In this document: positions 59,301-64,000 of the stretch, in pieces | Layout of the letters: every line of letters starts with the position of its first letter | How positions within the stretch are numbered: the stretch's first letter is position 1 | Origin: Candidatus Ozemobacteraceae bacterium | GTDB lineage: Bacteria; Muiribacteriota; Ozemobacteria; Ozemobacterales; Ozemobacteraceae | DNA length: 64,000 nt | Assembly: GCA_965140445.1 (NCBI GenBank) | Contig: OZ223236.1 | Location: 1,696,001 to 1,760,000, forward strand | Direction: 5' to 3' | The notes under the pieces: generated by a model | Databases searched by the model: none | What the model was told of the DNA's origin: nothing | The model's input: only the letters and a program-made list of their open reading frames with translations | Program-made: the position numbers and the translations under genes

Positions 59301-61524
59301 CTGGGTTAATGGTGATTGTGTTTCCGGAAACGCTAATTGTGTAACTGGCTGGAGTTGCTCCCCATAGAAGTCTTACGGTTGATGTTGTAACTGAAGTAGG
59401 AGATAGGTTTTCTGAAAAAACAATTTGCGGAGTGGTATTTATTGTAACTCCATTGGCGGTATTTAGCGGGTTAACAGAGGTGAGGGTTGGGAAATTTACC
59501 CGGCATTGTTTGTAAACAGTGGTCGAAGCTGTTCTTATTTCATAGGTGTGAGAACCTGACCAGAGAGAGCTAATTGAAGTTGAGGTAAGGAAGTCGGTAG
59601 AGTTTGCTGTTGGCTGAACTGCGGAAAGATTTTGTTGAAATACTCCATCCAGATAAAGAGAGAGAGTGGCTAAATCAACAGTATTAAATGCAGGGTCAAT
59701 TGATTTCAGTTTAAAATATATTGTTGAGGTGGCATTAATTTCGTCCAGATTGTTTATGGCGATTGTTCGGGCTGGGTCTTTGTACATAAACAAGTCTTGA
59801 ACTTCGCTTGCAATAACTCCGGACTGTGCTTTTTGGGTTTGAAAAGTAATGGTAGCAGGGGCCCATAATTGCGAACCAATGGAATCGAAAACGTCTGACG
59901 CTAGAGAAAGGCGATAATTAGTTTCTAATAGTAACTCAGAATTGATTCTGAAGTTAAATTCAGTAGAGGTTCCCGAGTCGTAGGTTAGCGGGATTGCTGT
60001 GTTGTCTGGAGCAAAAACCTTTACTTTATTGTTGACCAGCGTTGTATATGAAGCCTGGTTCATTGCTTTATCAAATTTGATTGTGATTAGATTTCCCGAG
60101 CTTGCAATTACCCCAGTTGACGATTGGAAAGCACTTCTTCCTCCAGCTGAATTGATTGTTTGCGCGATGCAACTAGAGGTAGCAAGCTCTGCAAAATCGG
60201 CTTCTATAGAAACATTAGTTCCTTGAATTGGTGGGCCCTCTAAATGCAGAACTTTGTCGGACTTCTTCCAGGAAAGATTTGCTGGGAATTTAAGTTCTTT
60301 TTTGTAAAATCTGAATTCGGTAAAGCCTGAAAGAATAACCATTCCAGCATATTGCTTGCCGCTGATAGTGCATGGAAAAATGCAGCTGTATCCATTATAG
60401 GGAGAAAATGACTCGTGGATGCTGGTTGTATTTTTAAGCAAAATATCTTTTATTGTGTTGTCACCTGCAGAGGGGGAGGGGAGGGAGAAGTTTGTTTCGA
60501 AGTTGTCATAACCTTGAACTCCAACCCCGTATGTGCTTTGCCATGTTGAAGTTATTGCGGTTGCTGTGCCACCAGAAAAGGTGGTAGGTGCGGTGAAGGT
60601 GCAAGGCATGTAATAAGCAGTTGCGCCGTTAATCCAGGAAAGATAAATTATCCCTGTTCTGGGATTTTGAGAAATTGCGACCTGGCTTGAGGATATATTA
60701 GAAAGGCTGATGGTTGTGGTTGCAGTATTGGGAAAATCATTCTCTTTAAAGGTTACAATATTCACTTCAGAAGCTGATTTAGGATAAGTAAATGCTACGT
60801 AAGTGTCAGTTCCGGAATTTATTCGACACCCAGAAACTCCAAAGCTTGAGTCTGTATCTGTATTGGTGAGAGTTATTTCAGAACCAAAAGTACCACTATA
60901 TTTGTTGTAGTGAATTTTATTGTCTTGGGCAACCCAAAAAAAGTATAGCCCTGATAGCGTTTCTACCATTGCATGGGGTTTGGATAGGTTGTTTGTGGAT
61001 AAAAGCTTTGGAAATCCAGCGGTTACGGTGGAAAGAAGATTAGCTTCATTTGAATATGCTAGAAGCTCAATTTCATGTGCTGCAGTTAGTTTCATTCTGG
61101 AAATAATAAATGACCCATCAGATATTCCATAAGATGAACTTGGTCTAACTTGCTTTGCCTGCATTGAAAACTCAAAAAAGTTTGGAGCTCCGCCCCCAGA
61201 CTTTGAAAAACTCCAGGCGTTTGAAGAGTAATTGGTTAGCCATGGGGAAAAATCTGTAGAATATGCAGAAATAGCACCTATTGTATTTATGGTTCCAGAT
61301 GAGTTGAAGTATGCTCGGTCTGGATATGTTGCTCGTTTTGCTATCTCTCCGGTGTCGAAACTGAATGTTGCAGCATATGTGCTTAATGCCGGAACGTCCA
61401 AATGAATTGTTTGAACAGCTTGAAGAGATGGTGAAAAAATCCCTAATATAAAAAAACAGACTAGGTAAAAAATCCCCAGTTTGTTATTTTTTGATTTTCT
61501 GTTTTTTTCTGTAAGTCTCTTCAT
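53341..61524 (-). CDS. Giant secreted or surface protein with repeated Big_5/SbsA-like Ig domains and a C-terminal T9SS-type-A/FlgD-like domain
   Basis: Ser/Thr-rich; repeated PASGATNV...FSE/FN...D..GN units; signal-like LGIFYLVCFFILGIFSPSLQA; C-terminal YPSP...GVYFFKI...KGKFAVLR. Start uncertain: ATG 61524 is preferred because the track start 61635 overlaps the divergent gene. Confidence 0.85.
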   Translation of the reverse strand: MKRLTEKNRKSKNNKLGIFYLVCFFILGIFSPSLQAVQTIHLDVPALSTYAATFSFDTGEIAKRATYPDRAYFNSSGTINTIGAISAYSTDFSPWLTNYSSNAWSFSKSGGGAPNFFEFSMQAKQVRPSSSYGISDGSFIISRMKLTAAHEIELLAYSNEANLLSTVTAGFPKLLSTNNLSKPHAMVETLSGLYFFWVAQDNKIHYNKYSGTFGSEITLTNTDTDSSFGVSGCRINSGTDTYVAFTYPKSASEVNIVTFKENDFPNTATTTISLSNISSSQVAISQNPRTGIIYLSWINGATAYYMPCTFTAPTTFSGGTATAITSTWQSTYGVGVQGYDNFETNFSLPSPSAGDNTIKDILLKNTTSIHESFSPYNGYSCIFPCTISGKQYAGMVILSGFTEFRFYKKELKFPANLSWKKSDKVLHLEGPPIQGTNVSIEADFAELATSSCIAQTINSAGGRSAFQSSTGVIASSGNLITIKFDKAMNQASYTTLVNNKVKVFAPDNTAIPLTYDSGTSTEFNFRINSELLLETNYRLSLASDVFDSIGSQLWAPATITFQTQKAQSGVIASEVQDLFMYKDPARTIAINNLDEINATSTIYFKLKSIDPAFNTVDLATLSLYLDGVFQQNLSAVQPTANSTDFLTSTSISSLWSGSHTYEIRTASTTVYKQCRVNFPTLTSVNPLNTANGVTINTTPQIVFSENLSPTSVTTSTVRLLWGATPASYTISVSGNTITINPDDSSEGYLFPDSTYQIQFGYGIQDLKGNPYFNNPATYTSSFSTQASQTRPISISNVSLYSDSGFSSLLPHNEDFSATGTIYIKMTGVDGSSLTRDYAIASISTGLTVNLTETASFTGVFRGSYSFNSLPDRFNLKVDSAKTPTSSASLLITYPRATPISPASAATNVPVNSTITIQADEAINPASINSTNLKLTLNGTSVDVNRSYNAITRQITLSPTSLMQSEKTYVVTVSGLLDSKGNPQLSPLIYSFKIEDIIPPTLTGNYPANGASNVTIDQRISLSFSEDMLASSATPGTIKITRNGLPASYTAIVSGNKITIDPDDSSESLLTTESTYVCQVGPSVTDLAGNGLSNVPATFTFSFSTQPAITQPSSLVSINLYRDALYTDGFAAMESIPATSTIYIKTTGVDGATQTQDLATISLSLSWGPLYKIALQETASNSSGLFTGSFNLNSLPVYGYPTPQPPLSIATISVFPEITPSKIATLTLGFPSVDHPKTLVQGISGVSNASGAINVRVDSNITTAFNIPLSSPGSSTSFIVASGATPISGSRLLSTDKKSITFTPSSSLPYSSKISVSGKYANDGLTSTTGNPLFRDFLFSFTTQAAQTPPSAISQFKIYSSPTYNALSELNTNSDFPGSGTIYLEITGTDLAPNTIDSTIASISTGVNIQLMETGFNTGLFRGSYNYSPLGNGFKLIASSKTNPAASQTLLLSYPSLSQSIPASGATNVSINTAIELLADEQLNASTVSTSSIQLIKSGGSSIPINVAYNATGKKIVITPMSPLEYATDYFIRASNIRDEIGNTTLTTYLSTFKTQITSVPPVTVNSIRLFSNSAFTTELANNDMIAPSSEIFVQISAVDLSNVTNDSTKITISSDKTAASFTVTLVETGVNTGIFRGSKEVFSDESASILFSSLTNPTINKSLKTFYYPKVTSISPASGSLNLYLNNEFTLGFNKNISAPTISTSSIKLISNGNLASYTLTQTAPTSIKIMSELEPSAIVILQIEPILKDTDNLPLQNFTASFTTLTPTFSTLELFKDAARTQSIASGSSIEQNTIIYTLLSGSDSFFNKTETTPVKFSTIASTSLFTCTEGLAGKFAGQFIAPSQEGLLRIIPEKAPWLESQLNILPAFSVLSFTPASGSTGVAADTWPSWNFSRPVSPSDVSLSNFKLIKVSTGLEVPSTISTSPSGKQIRIQPNNILSLVSLYEMRVPATIKDTAGNLLGKTIISRFETQPPPPPPTIISKLANFETSNYATSTLAVATNGTLYLELVANDLSFSTIDTAKLRIDSSDGTIDGLELVMVETDPPSGIYRYALPVNLPVGTTIKVQSQVNTTFNLNIVVSNRTKITSVNPASGSTNLFLDKPIELTFSQPINPSTLQLGLTSQSQNSSSPTLLDFSTTNLNKTISVSPKFGWATGTINRISINTSLHDSNGLFLNPESLSFSTLSITSASMEIYTGLSPESLKPISQTMEAAAGNIEILATTTNAFETRAETRTVAISIGTSSYQIVLPEVAGFPGSFKNSFSLPGSYSENATATLQFFTTPSLSFKIASLPNLLGIFPATGATNVSDVTSIVASFSRKMSAKTANNAVSVSHSQGVTNFNLSLNSTDSYNLAWNPAKALPANASCTILFSGLTDYLGQPLNPAPRIFSTGGQQGINLYTDSDFLLPITGDTLTQNTIYVEVSASNTAQLDSSISYSLNIKQAATSTQTASLKLEPAATGSGKFRCQFNISPTKAIPQHPLSLNPGEWIELSAPQLSNDQKKYFYKLSNSASPQKILGVNLFSEKNFAKPVSGRLLNPSLFIEIVAEDLNWYTQDNTVVWIYSESDRAGFKTRAYEIAAHSNSFRTFVTINSEFSRASSGQLKALPGETIYIVSDKDPSIKTSIKYLPENRLDNVFVYPSPARGNQVTFTYYLNFPGNLELRVFDTAGDQVYGKYLRGQEGENRHTWRIPSRIANGVYFFKISLESDAAYPTTRKRAKGKFAVLR

Positions 61525-61619
61525 AACCGTTTTTTGTTGTGTTTTTTGCCTCTGTGGTAAATCAGGTACAGAATTTGCTTGCATATACATAGCGCCAATT
61601 ATATTTCTGGAGGTAAGCC

Positions 61620-63014
61620 GTGAAACTAAATACAAAGATAATGGTCTTAATGATCTTAACCATTCTACTACCTATGACTACCGGCTGTCTATTCAAGAGT
61701 GGATCAAATCCTGTTGCTGATACCTCCGCAGCTCAAACATTGGCGCAAAATGTTTCAAACCCCGTTACTGCTCAGAAGTTGGCGTGCTCTTATGCCAAAC
61801 CTTCCACTGAAAGAAAGTTTACATTTTCCCGTTCTAATCATGAATTGAGTCACAAATTTAAGGAAAACATCAGACGAGTAGCCGGAAGCTTGAAGTTTTG
61901 TCTCTATGGCTCTTCTAATACAGATAATATTTTTATTACCCTCGAAAAGATGACTGTTAAGCCTGAGAGAGGTCCTAAAGTAAGCGTGAATATTTCAGAG
62001 AGAAAAATTGATCTTCTCTCTGCCACGGATTTGTCAGAAGTTCTTGCTGACGCTGAACTACCAGAAGGCAAATACAAGTATATGGAGTTCTATATCAAGA
62101 GTGCTGAGATTGCCATTGATGGTCAAACTCACAATATGTTTGTTCCAGCAAGAAAAGTAAGATTTTTCGGTTCATTTGAAATTAAAGAGGGCTACACAAC
62201 TAACCTGTCGGTTAAATTTATGCATCGCGTAGTAAAATGGAGATTTTTTGGCAGAAATTTCTATGTTTTTATTCCAATAGTGAGAATTTCCTCTGAGCTT
62301 GTTCTTAAACCGGTTGATCCAGCAATTACAGAAGGTGATGTGGATGGATGGGTTGAGAACTTTGTAAGCTTGCAAAAGCTCAGTGGAGTTGCTGTAAGTC
62401 TTGAAGGAACAGGTTTTAATGCTGTTACTGATGCTGAAGGAAAATTTAGTTTTGCAAGTGTTCCCGCTGGGGTTTACAACTTAAAAACCTCCCATCCCGA
62501 TTTTCTCGATGGAAGTTTTAGCGTCGAGGTATTAGCAGGACAGGTGGCGTCCGTTTCTGCTCAGATTAATCCGGCTGTTATTAGGAGTTCCGTTGGAACA
62601 ACCGGTTGGTTCTCAGAAATTTATCCTCTTGCTGAAGCAAATGGAACTTATGGCGAAACTTCTATCGAGACGCCTATAGAAATTGACTTTGTGAGTCTAG
62701 CATTCACAAAAGCTGAAATAAAATTTACTGGTGAATATCATGGTGCTGGTGCTGGTAGATTCCACGCATTCCTGGCTTCGAATCAGCAGATTAGTGCTGA
62801 CGATGATCTTGGAAGTTGGTGGGCTGGTTATACGGCATCAACTGGGACATTCTTAGGTGAGTATTATGCTAGAAATCCTGGTGTTGAGTATGTTGTAGAT
62901 GTAACTGACGCGATAAGAAACAATCCAAGCAATGCTTACTTTTTGGCAGCAAAGAATCTGGATTTGATCGATATTAAGATTTCAAATATTCAACTTTCTA
63001 TTTACTATCGATAA
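61620..63014 (+). CDS. Lipoprotein with DUF4382-like and carboxypeptidase-regulatory-like domains
   Basis: GGAGG SD with GTG start; lipobox TTGC; IDLLS...ELPEGKY; AVTDAEGKFSFASVPAGVYNL. Confidence 0.75.
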   Translation: MKLNTKIMVLMILTILLPMTTGCLFKSGSNPVADTSAAQTLAQNVSNPVTAQKLACSYAKPSTERKFTFSRSNHELSHKFKENIRRVAGSLKFCLYGSSNTDNIFITLEKMTVKPERGPKVSVNISERKIDLLSATDLSEVLADAELPEGKYKYMEFYIKSAEIAIDGQTHNMFVPARKVRFFGSFEIKEGYTTNLSVKFMHRVVKWRFFGRNFYVFIPIVRISSELVLKPVDPAITEGDVDGWVENFVSLQKLSGVAVSLEGTGFNAVTDAEGKFSFASVPAGVYNLKTSHPDFLDGSFSVEVLAGQVASVSAQINPAVIRSSVGTTGWFSEIYPLAEANGTYGETSIETPIEIDFVSLAFTKAEIKFTGEYHGAGAGRFHAFLASNQQISADDDLGSWWAGYTASTGTFLGEYYARNPGVEYVVDVTDAIRNNPSNAYFLAAKNLDLIDIKISNIQLSIYYR

Positions 63015-63045
63015 ACAATTTAGTTCATAACATCCCAATTGCTTT

Positions 63046-63076
63046 TCCCCGGTTAATAGCCGGGGATCTTTTTTTT
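63046..63076. terminator. Terminator between convergent genes
   Basis: tccccgg...ccgggga stem with a downstream T-tract. Confidence 0.6.
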
Positions 63077-64000
63077 AGATTGCCACAAGTCTTGATGCAA
63101 ACATGGTGAGACCTATCAGAGCCATCATCATTCCAACAATCCAAAATCTAATAACTACTTTTTCTTCTGCCCAACCTGAAAGTTCAAAATGATGATGTAT
63201 AGGACTCATTTTGAAAATTCGTTTTCCTTTTGAAATTTTAAAATAACTTACCTGAAGCATTACCGAAAGAGCTTCTACCACAAAAATTCCGCCTATTACC
63301 GCCAGGAATATTTCTGTTTTTGTGCATACGGCGATTGATGAAAGTGCTCCGCCTAGGGCAAGCGAGCCTGTGTCTCCCATAAATACCGCGGCGGGATGGG
63401 CATTGAACCATAGAAAGCCCAGGCAACCCCCAACGATAGAGGCGCACATTACTGCGAGCTCTCCTGAGCCAGGAATAAAAACCACTCCCAGATGTCTTGC
63501 AAAAATTATATTGCCACAAACATAAGCAATGAAAAGAAATGGTATTGCTGCTACAACCATTGTGCCTGCAGCCAGGCCATCAAGGCCATCAGTAAGATTT
63601 ACTGAATTTGTAGAACCAACAATTACTGCAATTACGAATGGAATGAAAAGCCAGCCCAGGTCTATTGCTCCAAGAACTGGTATTTGAGTGGAAGTTGAAA
63701 GAAGGTTACATCCAGGACCCTGGTTGTGGGGAAGATTTAACTCAAATCTTAGCTCTGGGAAAAATTGAATGGCTAACCCGGCAATAAGTGCTACTATGAT
63801 TTGCCCAAGAAGTTTTTGTCTGGCAGTTAATCCGAGAGATCTTGCTTTTACTACTTTTGTGATATCGTCGAAAAAGCCAATAAGTCCCATTCCTACGGTT
63901 GTAAAGAGGGCTATTGCGACAAAAGCATTCCACTTTGTCCATAAGATAGTTGTTATCATGAGTGGGATAAGGATTATTATGCCCCCCATGGTTGGGACAC
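63075..64000 (-). CDS. mraY: Phospho-N-acetylmuramoyl-pentapeptide transferase (5' end outside the window)
   Basis: Motifs VPTMGG at the window edge, GFFDD, NSVNLTDGLDGLA, FMGDTGS and MSPIHHHFEL. Confidence 0.97.
   Translation of the reverse strand, partial: VPTMGGIIILIPLMITTILWTKWNAFVAIALFTTVGMGLIGFFDDITKVVKARSLGLTARQKLLGQIIVALIAGLAIQFFPELRFELNLPHNQGPGCNLLSTSTQIPVLGAIDLGWLFIPFVIAVIVGSTNSVNLTDGLDGLAAGTMVVAAIPFLFIAYVCGNIIFARHLGVVFIPGSGELAVMCASIVGGCLGFLWFNAHPAAVFMGDTGSLALGGALSSIAVCTKTEIFLAVIGGIFVVEALSVMLQVSYFKISKGKRIFKMSPIHHHFELSGWAEEKVVIRFWIVGMMMALIGLTMFASRLVAI

Noticed and set aside
61525..61635. Overlapping divergent starts of the giant protein and the DUF4382 lipoprotein
   Set aside because: Probably an artefact of longest-ORF calling. 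A later ATG (61524) gives a normal signal peptide and a ~95-nt divergent intergenic region.
1..64000. CRISPR array, rRNA, transposase or prophage genes
   Set aside because: I saw no regularly spaced direct repeats, no rRNA-like segment, and no transposase, integrase or phage structural motifs.

Overview
AT-rich bacterial chromosome segment from a diderm (TolC, lipoproteins), mostly housekeeping and envelope genes: pyk, metK, modABC, HU, ybaB/ebfC, mraY, tRNA-Leu(CAG), a MacAB-TolC-type exporter, a PP2C/TPR/Ser-Thr kinase operon and a ~2,700-aa Ig-repeat surface protein. Two things stand out. (1) At 1-18681, an ankyrin gene leads at least six tightly coupled ~1,000-aa membrane class III nucleotidyl cyclase genes. 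The five visible catalytic domains strictly alternate between two complementary defective types. One type has the first metal Asp replaced by His but keeps N/R. The other keeps both Asps but has lost N/R. This predicts obligate C1/C2-like heterodimers, like mammalian adenylyl cyclases. (2) At 22958-24006, a compact retron-type reverse transcriptase has its own sigma70-like promoter and a structured msr/msd-like ncRNA but no visible effector gene. Its predicted msDNA 5' end is nearly complementary to the leader of the neighbouring pyk gene. All calls come from reading motifs by eye; no database searches were run.
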